A stretch of DNA of 64,000 nt from an uncultured delta proteobacterium (GCA_963782055.1 CAWAIF010000003.1:1440001-1504000); one strand, 5' to 3'; shown: positions 11,228-21,631, numbered from the stretch's first letter. Numbers and translations: made by a program. The notes: generated by a model from the letters alone, not told the origin.

Positions 11228-12250
11228 TCAGGCGCCGCGGGGCTCCTTCGCCGCCTTGCGCTCCATCGTGCTCAGGCGGTAGGCGTGGTTGCGCGCTCGC
11301 ATCACCGCGCCGAGGGGGCGGTGCTCCACCAGCGCGTGCCACGGGTCGAAGGACATGACCTCGATCGCCTCCGCGGTCTGCTGGCCCTCGCCGGAGGTCA
11401 CGTCCTGGCTCGGCAGCGTCAGCGTACCCACCACCACGCGGGGCGCGTCCTCCTCCCGCCAGACCACCGACGCGTCCTCGACCGGTGTCCGCTTCTCGTC
11501 GACGAAGAACTGCGCGGCGAGGTCGAACGACACCGGACCCTCCGCCAGGCGCGCGCCGAGCTCCTCGCCCAGGTAGTCGCGCGAGGCGCCGCGCGTCGCG
11601 CCCGCCTCCGGCTGCGCGTGGGGCATCAGGGAGAGCTGCGCGCAGTGGTCCCCGAAGCGGATGGGCGTGGCGGTGTAGTACGGCATCGTCGCCAGGGAGG
11701 TGATGGGCGGGGCCAGCAGCTTCTGCAGCGCGCCGAGCAGCCCGAAGGTGCGCCCGATGCCCAGGCGTCCGAGGAGGCGCGGCAAGAGCAGGAGCGGATT
11801 GCCGCCGACCGCGGTCACCAGCGCGATGAACTCGTCGGGGTTGCGGAAGGGGGTGGCCGGGACGTGCAGGAAGAGGAAATCCTGCGTCGTCTCGTCCTCC
11901 ATGCCGGGGATGATCTTCTTGCCGGGCACGCCCACGAGCTTGATCGCCAGGCCGCGGAGGTCGCCCTTGCGGTCGTGCAGCACGTCGCCGCCGCCGTTGG
12001 AGAAGCGCGCGTAGCCCTCGTAGCGCGCCGGCTTCGCGAAGAGCCCGGCGCGCGCGTGCGCGGGGAGATCGTCGTGCACCCTGAGCTCGGCGCGGACGCC
12101 GGCGGTGCCCTTGGCGTGAAGCGCCCGCCGCGGGGAGGCGCCGCGCACGCGGCCTCGCTGCATCTCGCGCAGACGCTCGGCGTAGCGGGTGAAGCGCTCC
12201 TCCTCGTCCGGGAGCACGACCTCTTTCCAGTCGGTGGACGGCGTCGTCAT
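11228..12250 (-). CDS. Small catalase-like heme protein
   Basis: RRALHAKG (distal His), ARFSNG, DLRGLAIK, QDFL, FDPWHALVEHRPLG..RARNHAY (proximal Tyr). Confidence 0.85.
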   Translation of the reverse strand: MTTPSTDWKEVVLPDEEERFTRYAERLREMQRGRVRGASPRRALHAKGTAGVRAELRVHDDLPAHARAGLFAKPARYEGYARFSNGGGDVLHDRKGDLRGLAIKLVGVPGKKIIPGMEDETTQDFLFLHVPATPFRNPDEFIALVTAVGGNPLLLLPRLLGRLGIGRTFGLLGALQKLLAPPITSLATMPYYTATPIRFGDHCAQLSLMPHAQPEAGATRGASRDYLGEELGARLAEGPVSFDLAAQFFVDEKRTPVEDASVVWREEDAPRVVVGTLTLPSQDVTSGEGQQTAEAIEVMSFDPWHALVEHRPLGAVMRARNHAYRLSTMERKAAKEPRGA

Positions 12251-12326
12251 GGCGCGCATGGTGCCACAACGCGCGCGCGTCGCCGCCCGCTTCGCGCGCG
12301 TGGGCGCGGCGGGCTATGATCGAGGG

Positions 12327-12983
12327 GTGAGCGTCTCGACCGTCGCACCCCAGCAGTCCCAGGAGTCGCCGCGGCCTTCGCGCGGCCGGGCAGCCCTCGC
12401 CCTCGTCGCGGTGCTGCTCGCCGTCGCGCTCGCCGGTGTGGGCGGGTACTTCCTCGGCCAGCCGAAGGACGACACCGACCCGAACCTGCACCAGCGCGCG
12501 ACGCCGTCGCTGCTCCTGGCAACCCGGGACCTCTCACGCCTGCAGACGAGCGAGATGCACGTGGAGAAGGTGATCGACCTCACCGATCAGCAGAGCACCT
12601 TCTTCGGCCTGCTGGACGGCACCGACAACGTGCTGCTCGTGGCGGTGGGCGACGTGACGATGGGCGTGGACCTGGGCAAGCTGGCCGAGGGCGACGTCAC
12701 GCTGGACGAGGCGCACGCCGCGCACTTCCGGCTGCCCGCGCCGGAGGTGTTCTCCTCCCGCCTGGACGCCCACGGGACCTACGTCTACTCGCGGACGACC
12801 AGCGTGTTCGCCCGGCGCAACGAGCAGCTCGAGTCGAAGGCCCGGCAGAAGGCGGAGGACGCCATCCAGAAGGCGGCGGACACGCCGGAGGCGCGCGACC
12901 GGGCGAAGCGGCAGGCGGAGAAGGTGCTGCGCGAGCTGGCGACGAGCCTCGGCGCGACGAGCGTCACCTTCGAGTGGCACTGA
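12327..12983 (+). CDS. DUF4230-like membrane-anchored protein
   Basis: One N-terminal TM, VGDVTMGVDL, LPAPEV, helical C-terminus; GTG at 12327 after GAGG. Confidence 0.75.
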   Translation: MSVSTVAPQQSQESPRPSRGRAALALVAVLLAVALAGVGGYFLGQPKDDTDPNLHQRATPSLLLATRDLSRLQTSEMHVEKVIDLTDQQSTFFGLLDGTDNVLLVAVGDVTMGVDLGKLAEGDVTLDEAHAAHFRLPAPEVFSSRLDAHGTYVYSRTTSVFARRNEQLESKARQKAEDAIQKAADTPEARDRAKRQAEKVLRELATSLGATSVTFEWH

Positions 12984-12990
12984 GGCCGCG

Positions 12991-13372
12991 TCACTCGCAG
13001 GCGACGTAGTAGGTGCCGCAGCCGCCGCGCGCCGGGGGCGCGGTGGTGATGCCCTGGCAGCCCCACGTCGTGCCGGTGACGTTGGAGAGGTTGCCGTCGT
13101 AGCCGCTGTCGGTCGAGTAGTCGTAGCCAAACTGCTGGCCGACGGTGCTGGGGATGGTGACGACGTTGCCGTGCCACAATCCCACGCCGCAGCACTGGCT
13201 CCAGTACGCGTTGGACACGCCGATGAGGCACTGCCCCGCGACGTTGGCGTCGTTGTTCACGTAGTAGGAGATGGACCAGTGGCACGACACCGTCGCGCCG
13301 AGCGAGACGACGGCGTTGGTACCGTCGCTGGCGTGGCTCACCAGCTTGCGGCCGATGCCCGTGCAGGACGTC
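12991..13372 (-). pseudogene. 3' fragment of a Cys-rich secreted protein with no recognisable start
   Basis: High-GC3 frame TSCTGIGRKLV...CHWSISYYVNND...GGCGTYYVACE*; the upstream in-frame sequence is the antisense of another gene tail. Confidence 0.5.
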
Positions 13373-13641
13373 TCGGCCACCGACTCGGCTTCGACCGCAT
13401 CGTCGGCAAGGCACCGGCCGCGCCCGCGAAGGGCGGCGGCGGGAGGACCACCGGTCACCACCACGGGAGCGGCGCCAGCAACGCGCCTTGCCCAGGCCCT
13501 GGCCTCACGCGCCGTTGCAACGGGGTGTGCGTCAACATCCAGACCGACGACCACAACTGCGGCGCCTGCGGCAGCGTGTGCGCGTCCGGCATGCACTGCG
13601 ATGGGCACATGTTCTGCCGGGATGCCCAGGGGAATCTCTGA
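13373..13641 (+). pseudogene. 3' fragment encoding a myxobacterial Cys-rich (Stig1-like) repeat
   Basis: KAPAAPAKGGGG...CNGVCVNIQTDDHNCGACGSVCASGMHC...GNL*; no credible 5' end. Confidence 0.5.
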
Positions 13642-13787
13642 CCGAACACGCGGTCGGGTGATCGTGTCCCGGTCGCCATTGACGGGCCTCTCTCCCGCTA
13701 CGTAGGCTGGCCGTCCTATCCGGGGCGGAGACCTTTGCGCGCATGATGCGCGCGGACGGCGCTTGCCCTTCGTGCGGAGGTTGGACG

Positions 13788-14840
13788 ATGGGTCTGCTCG
13801 ATACGATCAAGTCGATGTTGGGTATGGGCGGCGCGGCGTCGGCAGCGGCGCAGGCGGCGCAGCAGGCCGTGGCGCCCGGACAGCCGGCGCAGGCCGCGCA
13901 GGCCGCGCAGGCCGCCCCCCCGCCGAGCGCGCCGGAGGACGATTCGAGCGACGACGACGACGACGCGGGCTTCAAGCGCGACTACGACCTGGAGGCCAAG
14001 GACGACCACGCCAGCTTCGACCTGCAGGGCGACCTGGAGGGCTGGTACGTCGCCGAGTTCCGCATCGAGCAGGCCTGGGAGGACGACGCCGGGCGCACCG
14101 CGATCTTCGCCGAGTACGGCATCCGCGATCAGCCGCACTACTACCAGGTGAAGGCGACGGTCGACCGCTACGTCCAGAGCCCGGCCGCGCAGGCCAAGTA
14201 CGGCGGCATGGGCGAGATCATGCACGTCAAGATGGCCGCCACGCAGAAGCACATGATGGCGGGCATGCAGGCGCAGATGCAGACCGGCGCGCTCAAGGGC
14301 GAGGTGGAGCCGGTGGAGGGCGTCACCCTCGACCAGTGGGCGGAGGCGCAGGCGCGCGTCGCCGGTGGGCAGAACGTGGACGACATCATCAAGGGCATCG
14401 GCTGCGACCGCGCCAAGTGGGACCGCGTGAGCGCCGAGTGGAACGCGCGCATGTCGCGCGACACCACCGCCACCATCGCCATGGCCTACGGCAACGCCTT
14501 CCAGAAGGCGCAGGCCAAGCCGGGCGTCTCCACCAGCAAGTACGCCAGCCTCGCGGCCAACCCGGGGAAGGGCGACCTGCCGATGCCGCTCGAGCAGTAC
14601 ATCGAGATCATGGAGGCGCAGAGCGCAGGCGCGACGCAGGGCAAGGACGCGAGCGCCATCCTCAAGTCCTTCGGCCTCTCGGTGCTCGACTGGTCCAACC
14701 TGGGCGGCTGGTTCTCCACCTACTTCAGCGAGAACGCGATGAAGAACGACGGCAAGCTCCACAAGGAGTGGACCGCCCTGCAGGAGAAGTACAAGGCGAA
14801 GTACGCGCAGGCCTCCGCCGACAGCGACATCTCCTTCTGA
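13788..14840 (+). CDS. Helical-repeat protein, tentatively DUF6620-like
   Basis: GGAGG RBS; MGLLDTIK N-terminus; repeats EPVEGVTLDQWAEAQA..KWDRVSAEWNARM and PMPLEQYIEIM..GLSVLDWSNL. Confidence 0.7.
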   Translation: MGLLDTIKSMLGMGGAASAAAQAAQQAVAPGQPAQAAQAAQAAPPPSAPEDDSSDDDDDAGFKRDYDLEAKDDHASFDLQGDLEGWYVAEFRIEQAWEDDAGRTAIFAEYGIRDQPHYYQVKATVDRYVQSPAAQAKYGGMGEIMHVKMAATQKHMMAGMQAQMQTGALKGEVEPVEGVTLDQWAEAQARVAGGQNVDDIIKGIGCDRAKWDRVSAEWNARMSRDTTATIAMAYGNAFQKAQAKPGVSTSKYASLAANPGKGDLPMPLEQYIEIMEAQSAGATQGKDASAILKSFGLSVLDWSNLGGWFSTYFSENAMKNDGKLHKEWTALQEKYKAKYAQASADSDISF

Positions 14841-14849
14841 CGGTCCGCC

Positions 14850-15407
14850 GTGAGCGGGGAGGCGCACGAAGAACTGCTCGGGCTCGAACGCTGGCTGGAC
14901 CAGTGGGAGGCCCACGTGCGCACGCGCGCCCGCGGCTGCGCGCGCGGGGGTGACGCGACCTGGGACGAGGTGCTCGCCTCGCTCGGCGTCGCGCCGCTCC
15001 CCGCCGCGGAGCGCGAGGCGCACCTGCGCGACGGCCCCAAGCAGCGGGCCGGCGCGCTGCCCATCGAGGTGCGCTGGGTCGCCCAGAAGCTCCACGACCA
15101 GGCGCACGCGCGGTGCCGCGAGCTGGACCTGAAGATCACCGGCGGCGACGAGGTGGTGGATCGCATCGAGCGCAGGCTCGCCGACTTCGTCGACGAGACG
15201 GTGCGCGGGCACCTGCAGGCGCTGGTGCCGCCGACGACGACGTCGAGCATCTTCGCCAACGCGCTCGCCTCCACGCCCGACTACAACGCGATGTCCGGCG
15301 GCGGCGGCGCGATGACCCTGACGCGCAAGTGCACCGTGTGCGGGGCGCCGCAGAAGAAGGACGAGGCGAGCGCCGTCTGCGTCTACTGCGGCGGCGGCCT
15401 GAAGTAA
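14850..15407 (+). CDS. Hypothetical protein with C-terminal zinc ribbon
   Basis: CTVCGAP...CVYCG; 9 bp after the previous stop. Confidence 0.75.
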   Translation: MSGEAHEELLGLERWLDQWEAHVRTRARGCARGGDATWDEVLASLGVAPLPAAEREAHLRDGPKQRAGALPIEVRWVAQKLHDQAHARCRELDLKITGGDEVVDRIERRLADFVDETVRGHLQALVPPTTTSSIFANALASTPDYNAMSGGGGAMTLTRKCTVCGAPQKKDEASAVCVYCGGGLK

Positions 15408-15424
15408 CCGAGGAGGAGACGATC

Positions 15425-16222
15425 ATGAGCGACGCGGTGGTGGCCCGGTGGGACGGTTTCCTCGCGCAGATCAAGCAGCGCTTCGACCAGGTGATGGTCG
15501 AGGCCCACCAGGGCTGCATGGGCCTGCTCCACCAGACGGACTTCAACTCGGTGGCCATGGGCAACGCCTGGAGCGCGATGGAGCGCCGCGCCAAGGAGCT
15601 GTCCACCAAGGTGGACGAGACGTGGCGCTCGGCGGTGGAGACCAAGTTCGAGGAGTCCGGCGCCTCGCAGGCGGTGGTCGAGCGCGAGCGCAAGAAGGGG
15701 GCGGACTTCCGCTTCTGGCTGGACAACGAGATCGAGCGCAACCGCATCGCCCTGTACAACGAGGCGTCGCGCGCCCTGATGGGTGAGGCGCAGCGCGCGG
15801 TGGGCGACGGCTTCAAGTGCACGCAGTGTGGCGCGGCGCTCCCGGTGAAGCTGAGCTTCCGCGCGGTGAGCGCAAAGTGCGGTCACTGCGGCGCGGTGAG
15901 CACGTGCGAGCCGGGCATGCACATGCGCATGGTGGAGGCCATGGGCGTGCACGCCATGTGCGAGCAGGCCGCGTGGGAGGAGTGGCTCGTCTGGCAGAAC
16001 GCCGAGCGCGCCTGGAAGGCCGCCCGCCCGGAGACCTACGAGAGCATCGAGCGGGTGGAGAAGGCGCTGATCGCCTACTGGACGAGGTACCTGCGGCACC
16101 GCGCGGAGCTGATGCCCGAGACGGCGGCGGCGTTCGACAAGGACCTGAGCGGGAAGCTCGCGTACTTCTACCAGGGGCTCGCGCACAACAAGGCGTGGCT
16201 GAGCGTCCGGCGCCCGGGGTGA
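15425..16222 (+). CDS. Helical protein with a central zinc ribbon
   Basis: GAGGAGG RBS, ATG at 15425; CTQCGA...CGHCG. Confidence 0.8.
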   Translation: MSDAVVARWDGFLAQIKQRFDQVMVEAHQGCMGLLHQTDFNSVAMGNAWSAMERRAKELSTKVDETWRSAVETKFEESGASQAVVERERKKGADFRFWLDNEIERNRIALYNEASRALMGEAQRAVGDGFKCTQCGAALPVKLSFRAVSAKCGHCGAVSTCEPGMHMRMVEAMGVHAMCEQAAWEEWLVWQNAERAWKAARPETYESIERVEKALIAYWTRYLRHRAELMPETAAAFDKDLSGKLAYFYQGLAHNKAWLSVRRPG

Positions 16223-16255
16223 GCCGCGGCGGGGCGGCGCGTGCCGCCCCCGAGA

Positions 16256-17533
16256 TCAGTCGTCGTCGTACGCGTCGTCGTCCGGGTCGTCCTCCGCCAC
16301 CGGCGGCGCGGGGCTCGCCGGGCCGGGCGACGTCATCTGCTCCCGCAGGACGCGCAGCTGCGCGCGCAGGTGCGCCCCCATCTCCCCGGCCTTGCGCTCG
16401 GCAATCCAGCGCACCATGGCCGAGACGTAGAGCTCCTTCAGGTAGGCGAAGGAGAACCCCCCGGTGTCCTCCACCAGCTCCCCGATCGCCTTCGCGTCGA
16501 CGCGCATGGCCGCGTCCACCCGCTCGTTCCACATCCGCAGGTAGCGCTCGCGCTCCGGGGCGGCGGGCAGCTCGAAGTGGTACTTGCGGTCGAAGCGGCT
16601 CGGGCGGTCGAGGATCGCGGGGTCGAGGCGGTCGGCGTGGTTGGTCGTCGCCAGCGTGACCAGGCCGGGCGCGCTGGAGAGGCCGTCCAGCTTGTTCAGG
16701 AAGAAGGAGCGGTTCTTGTCGTGGATCATCGCGTCGAGGTCCTCGAACACCAGGACGCAGGGCGTGATCTCCCGCGCGCGCTCGAAGACGCGGTCGATGC
16801 AGGCGTCCTCCGAGTCGTAGCGCGACTTGAGGCTGGTGACGTAGATGCAGGGGAGGGCGAGCCGCTTGATGAGCGCCCGCAGGCAGTGGGTCTTGCCGTT
16901 GCCGGGCGGGCCGAGCAGCAGCACGCCGCGCTTGTACGGGACGCCGTACTGCTCGTACTCCGGGCGCGCGGCGAGGAAGGCCTCGAAGTCCTCGATGACG
17001 CGCTCCTTCAGGTCGCCGGCGAGGACCAGGTCGTCGAAGGAGGCGCGCGCGATCTCCCGGTAGAGCCTGTGGTCGTGGGTGAAGCAGCCGCCGGAGAAGC
17101 GCAGCACGGCCTCCCGCGGTTCGTTGCAGAATGCACATACCTTGTCGGCGAAATCGCGCGCCACCTCCTCGCTCTCGGCGACGACGAGGCTGTAGGACTG
17201 CTGGTCGTAGCCGGCGCGCCACGACGCGACGACCACGTGCAGCGCGTGCCCCTGCCACGCCACGTCGTAGACCGCGTTCACCGCGGACGTCTGCAGGCCA
17301 TGGCCCCGCCGCCACCCGGTCGTCAGCTGCGCGTGCTGGTCGCGGGCGAGGGCAATCGTCGCTTGCCCTGACTCGTCGGCGTAGTCCTCGACGTCGAAGG
17401 GGCTGCCGACGCCGTCCAGGACGAACTTGCCCGGGTACAGCTCCCCGACGAGGCGCCCGAGACGCCAGCCGATCCCCGCGGCGGGGTCGAAGGCGGCGTC
17501 GAAGACCTGCGGCCCGGAGAGGGTGTCGTCCAT
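16256..17533 (-). CDS. AAA-family ATPase
   Basis: KRGVLLLGPPGNGKT, VLVFEDLD, ATTN, LDPAILDRPSRFD. Confidence 0.9.
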   Translation of the reverse strand: MDDTLSGPQVFDAAFDPAAGIGWRLGRLVGELYPGKFVLDGVGSPFDVEDYADESGQATIALARDQHAQLTTGWRRGHGLQTSAVNAVYDVAWQGHALHVVVASWRAGYDQQSYSLVVAESEEVARDFADKVCAFCNEPREAVLRFSGGCFTHDHRLYREIARASFDDLVLAGDLKERVIEDFEAFLAARPEYEQYGVPYKRGVLLLGPPGNGKTHCLRALIKRLALPCIYVTSLKSRYDSEDACIDRVFERAREITPCVLVFEDLDAMIHDKNRSFFLNKLDGLSSAPGLVTLATTNHADRLDPAILDRPSRFDRKYHFELPAAPERERYLRMWNERVDAAMRVDAKAIGELVEDTGGFSFAYLKELYVSAMVRWIAERKAGEMGAHLRAQLRVLREQMTSPGPASPAPPVAEDDPDDDAYDDD

Positions 17534-17633
17534 GGGCTCAGCGTACTACGAAGTAGCGCGCGCGGGGGTTGACGCGCAGAGGTCGCCGCAACTGACGGCT
17601 TCCGTTTTGGCCGCGAGATCGCCCGGTCTCCGT

Positions 17634-20600
17634 TCAGGCCGAGAGCCCGCTCGCCGCGGCCCACGCGATGGTCTGCGCGTGCTCCCACGGCCGTTGCAGG
17701 AAGCGCTCGCGCCACGCCGGGTCGGAGAGGCCGTCCGCCTGCGCGATGAGCCGGGCGTACGCGTCGGCGAGCGCCGCGCGCGCGGCCTCGAAGCGCCCCG
17801 CGGCCTGGAGGGCCCGCGTGTGCACCAGCCGCACCAGCGTGGACCCGGAGGCGCCCTCGCCCGCGGCCTCCAGCGCCGCCATGGCCTCCGTGGACTGCTC
17901 CAGCGCCTCCATGGGCTGGTTGGCCTTGAGCAGCACGTACGCGAGCGTCGCGCGGATCTGGCCGTGCTCGCGCTTGGCCGCGTGGGTCAGCTCGCTCGCG
18001 AGGCGCGCCTCGGAGAGCGCGCGGTCCACGTCGCCTCGACGCAGCAGCGCCATGGCGAGCTGGGCACGTGCGGCGCCCTCCATGCGGCGATCGCCCTGCG
18101 CCATGAACTCGCCCGCGGCGAGCTCGCCCATCGTCACCGCCTCGTCCCAGCGGCCCAGGCGCTCCAGCGCGGCGGTGAGGTCGACGCGGATGGTGGCGGC
18201 CACGAGGTTGAGGTGCATGCGCTCGGCGACGGGCAGCCAGGCGCGGAGCTGCGCCTCGGCGCCCTCGTAGTCGCCCACCACCAGCCGCGCGTACGCCGCG
18301 TTCGCGCGGGCGAGCGCCGCGGCGCGCAGGTTGCCCACCGTCTGGTAGGCGCTCGCGGCGAGGTCGAAGTGCTCGACCTGACCGCGCGGGTCCCCGGAGC
18401 CGTCGGCGAAGAAGGCCTCGAAGGAGTGCAGGATGCCGCGCGCCTGCCCGTCGCGGGTGTCGACCGGCGCCGCCGCCAGCCGCGCGCGGAGCTCGGTGGC
18501 GTCCTGCAGCCGGCCGGCGAAGAGGATATTGATCCCGACGGTCGCGGCCATCACCACCTTGGCGTGCGTCACCGGCTCCTCGGCGAGCGCCGCCATCGCC
18601 TCGAGCATCCTCTGGTCGGCCTGCCGCACGTGTCCGAGCTTGAAGCTCGCCGACGCCGCCGCGGTGAGCGCCACGGCCCACTCGTCGGAGCCGCGCGGGC
18701 TCAGGCGCAGCGCCTCGCTCGCGGCGCGCTCCACCCCGCCGTTATCGCCGGCCCATCGCTTCGCCTCGGCGATGGTGATCCAGAGCGGGAGCAGCGTCGC
18801 GTCGGGCGGGTGGCACGCCACACCCCGCTCCGCCAGGGCGATGGCGCCCTCGAAGTCGTTGCCCTCGAGCATCTGCCGCGCGGCGCGGCGGTAGCAGTCG
18901 GCCGCGCGCTTCGTCTCGCCGGCGCGCTCGAAGTGCGCCGCGAGGACGCCCGGGTCCAGCTCCCCCATCGCCTCCAGCCACGACGCCGCGACGCCGTGCG
19001 CGGCGCGTCGCTCGTCCTCCGGTAGCATGGCGTACGCGGCGTCGCGCATCAGCGCGTGGCGGAAGGTGAGCTCGCGCTCGTCGGTGAAGCGCGCGGGCGT
19101 CACCGCCGAGAGCACGTCCAGGAGGTCCAGCGCCGCGAGCCAGTGCTCCACCGCGCCGGCGTCCATGTCCCCGAGGAGCGCGGAGAGGCCTCCGACCCAG
19201 AAGGTCTGCCCGAAGACGCTCGCCGCGCGCAGCACGCGCCGGGCGTCGGGGGGGAAGCGGTCCAGGCGGGACTCCACCACGGCCAGGACGGTCTCGGGCA
19301 GGGCGCCGCCGCGGCCCTCGCCCACGGTGCGCACGAGCTCCTCCAGGAAGAAGGGGTTGCCGTTGGCGAGCGCCAGCACGCGCTCCATCGTGCTCGCGTC
19401 GAGGACGCCGCCGGTCAGCGCGTTCACCAGCCGCTCCGCGCTCTTGCGCGGCAGGTCCTCCAGCTTCATCTCCTGCACCCGCCGGCCGGCGAAGAGGTCG
19501 GGCCAGCTCGTCTTGACGGACGGCCTGCCCAGCCCGAGCACCATCAGCGGCGCGTCGGCGGCGCGTGCCAGCGCCGCGTCGACGAGTCGCAGCGAGGCGG
19601 CGTCACTCCAGTGCAGATCCTCCAGCAGCAGGAGGAGCGGCGCCCGCGCGCACTCCGCCATGATCCAGTCCTCCCAGGCCCGGCGGATCTGGTCGGCCAT
19701 GAGCACCCGCTCGCGGCGCGCGGCGGCGAGCTCGTCGTTGTGCGCGTCGTCGAACGGGGCGCCGGCGACCTCGGCGACGAAGCACAGCACGCGCTCGAGG
19801 TCCGCGGGGGGCAGCACCAGCGAGAGGCGCGCGCGGAGCTTCTGCTGGCGCTCCGGTAGCGGGTCGTCGTCGTGGGCCCCCGCGACGCGCCGGATGGCCT
19901 GACCGAGCATGGAGAAGGGGGCCTGCGATCCCATGGGGTCGGCGCGCGTCGTCCAGACGGCCGCCTCCGCCGCCGGCGTGGCGCGGAGCCGCTGCTGCCA
20001 CTCCTTGGCGAGGCGCGTCTTGCCCGTGCCTGCGTCCGCGACGACCAGCATCGCGCGCGCCACGTGATCGTTTCGCACCTGCTCGAAGGTGGCGTCCAGG
20101 ACGGCGAGCTCGCGGTCGCGTCCCACGCACGGCGCCTGCGCCCGGCGCATGGACCGCCAGTCGTGCGCGGACGACTCGTCCTCCCCGATGAGCTCCAGGC
20201 CCAGGGCGCCGTCGTGCACGGTGAAGCGCGAGTCGAGCAGCCCCGCGGTGACCGGGTCGATGCGCACGAACGGCGCCCCGCCGCGCGCGGAGCGCGGGCC
20301 GTCGCGGAGCAGCTCGGCGGCGCGGTCGATCGCCGCGGTGACCATCTCGTCGGAGGTGGTGTCGCTGCGCACCGTCGCGACGGTGACGAGCACGCCGGGC
20401 ATGCGCGAGCGGAGCGCCAGCGCGCAGCGGGCGGCGGTGAGGGCGCGCATCGTGGCGCCGGCCGACTCGACGAACTTCACCGCCATCGTCCCGTTGGCGA
20501 GCGCCTCGGGGACGCCGCCGAAGCGACGCCCGAGGTCCACCGCGTCCTCCGGGACGCCGCCGGCGCGCTGTCCTACGAAGACCACCGAGCACAGGCGCGC

Positions 20601-21494
20601 CTCGCGTGCGCTCACACGCGGCGTGGACGCGTGCGAGGAGCCGTAGCTCGGCTGATCGGTCCCGACCGATGGGCGCAGGGCGCGCAGGGCGTCGGCGGCG
20701 GCGGTGGCGGAGGGGAACCGGTCCTCGCGCTCCTTCGCCATCATCCGGGCGATGAGGGCGTCCAGCGCGGGGTGGACGTCCTTGCGCTCCTCGCGAACGT
20801 GCGGCGTCTCCTGGAAGAGGATCTTCGCCAGCACCGCCACCATGTCCGACCCGCGGAAGGGTGCATGGCCGGTCAGGCACGCGAAGAGCACGCACCCGAG
20901 GGAGAACAGGTCGGAGCGGGCGTCCACGTCGGGGGAGGCGCGCGCCTGCTCCGGCGATACGTAGCCGGGCGTGCCCACCAGCATCCCCGGCTGCGTGAGC
21001 GCGACCGTGGCGTCCATCGCCCTGGCGATGCCGAAGTCCAGGAGCATGACCGCCGACGGCGCGGCGCCGTTCGGGATCATCAGGTTGCTCGGCTTGAGAT
21101 CGCGGTGCACGACGTCCTTCGCGTGCGCCTCGGCGAGCGCGGTCGCCACCGCCACGCCGATGTCCACCGTCGCCTCTCCACCCAGCGGCCCGCGCGCCTT
21201 GAGCCGAGCGCTGAGCGTCTCGCCGTCGACCCACCGCATGGCGAGGAAGGGCGCGCCGCCCTCCGTCACGCCGTGCGCCACGTACCCCACGATGCCGGGG
21301 TGCTTGAGGCGCGCCAGCACACGGGCCTCCCGGGCGAAGCGATCCTCGCCATCCTCCAGCGTGCCCTGGAGCACCTTCAGGGCCACCGTCCCGCCCGTCG
21401 TGCCGTCCACGGCCCGGAAGACCTCGGCCATCCCGCCGGAGCCGGCGAGGCCCTCGATCGTGAAGCGATCTCCGACGATGTCCCCTGGCTGCAT
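17634..21494 (-). CDS. Ser/Thr protein kinase - AAA ATPase - TPR protein
   Basis: GSGGMAEV, VALK, HRDLKPSN, DFGIA, GTPGYVSPEQ; CVGRDREL, DAGTGKTRL, LLLEDLHW, GNPFFLEEL; TPR-like helices. Confidence 0.95.
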   Translation of the reverse strand: MQPGDIVGDRFTIEGLAGSGGMAEVFRAVDGTTGGTVALKVLQGTLEDGEDRFAREARVLARLKHPGIVGYVAHGVTEGGAPFLAMRWVDGETLSARLKARGPLGGEATVDIGVAVATALAEAHAKDVVHRDLKPSNLMIPNGAAPSAVMLLDFGIARAMDATVALTQPGMLVGTPGYVSPEQARASPDVDARSDLFSLGCVLFACLTGHAPFRGSDMVAVLAKILFQETPHVREERKDVHPALDALIARMMAKEREDRFPSATAAADALRALRPSVGTDQPSYGSSHASTPRVSAREARLCSVVFVGQRAGGVPEDAVDLGRRFGGVPEALANGTMAVKFVESAGATMRALTAARCALALRSRMPGVLVTVATVRSDTTSDEMVTAAIDRAAELLRDGPRSARGGAPFVRIDPVTAGLLDSRFTVHDGALGLELIGEDESSAHDWRSMRRAQAPCVGRDRELAVLDATFEQVRNDHVARAMLVVADAGTGKTRLAKEWQQRLRATPAAEAAVWTTRADPMGSQAPFSMLGQAIRRVAGAHDDDPLPERQQKLRARLSLVLPPADLERVLCFVAEVAGAPFDDAHNDELAAARRERVLMADQIRRAWEDWIMAECARAPLLLLLEDLHWSDAASLRLVDAALARAADAPLMVLGLGRPSVKTSWPDLFAGRRVQEMKLEDLPRKSAERLVNALTGGVLDASTMERVLALANGNPFFLEELVRTVGEGRGGALPETVLAVVESRLDRFPPDARRVLRAASVFGQTFWVGGLSALLGDMDAGAVEHWLAALDLLDVLSAVTPARFTDERELTFRHALMRDAAYAMLPEDERRAAHGVAASWLEAMGELDPGVLAAHFERAGETKRAADCYRRAARQMLEGNDFEGAIALAERGVACHPPDATLLPLWITIAEAKRWAGDNGGVERAASEALRLSPRGSDEWAVALTAAASASFKLGHVRQADQRMLEAMAALAEEPVTHAKVVMAATVGINILFAGRLQDATELRARLAAAPVDTRDGQARGILHSFEAFFADGSGDPRGQVEHFDLAASAYQTVGNLRAAALARANAAYARLVVGDYEGAEAQLRAWLPVAERMHLNLVAATIRVDLTAALERLGRWDEAVTMGELAAGEFMAQGDRRMEGAARAQLAMALLRRGDVDRALSEARLASELTHAAKREHGQIRATLAYVLLKANQPMEALEQSTEAMAALEAAGEGASGSTLVRLVHTRALQAAGRFEAARAALADAYARLIAQADGLSDPAWRERFLQRPWEHAQTIAWAAASGLSA

Positions 21495-21631
21495 GGCCCT
21501 CTGGGCGCCTGGCCCAACTCTCCACGTTACCACCGCCGGCGGAAACGGAGCTGGCTATCACGCGGGGCCTCTCGTCCGCCGCCCGACGCAGGCGCTGCTT
21601 TTGCGCGAGAGGGTCGGCTACTCTCCGGGCC

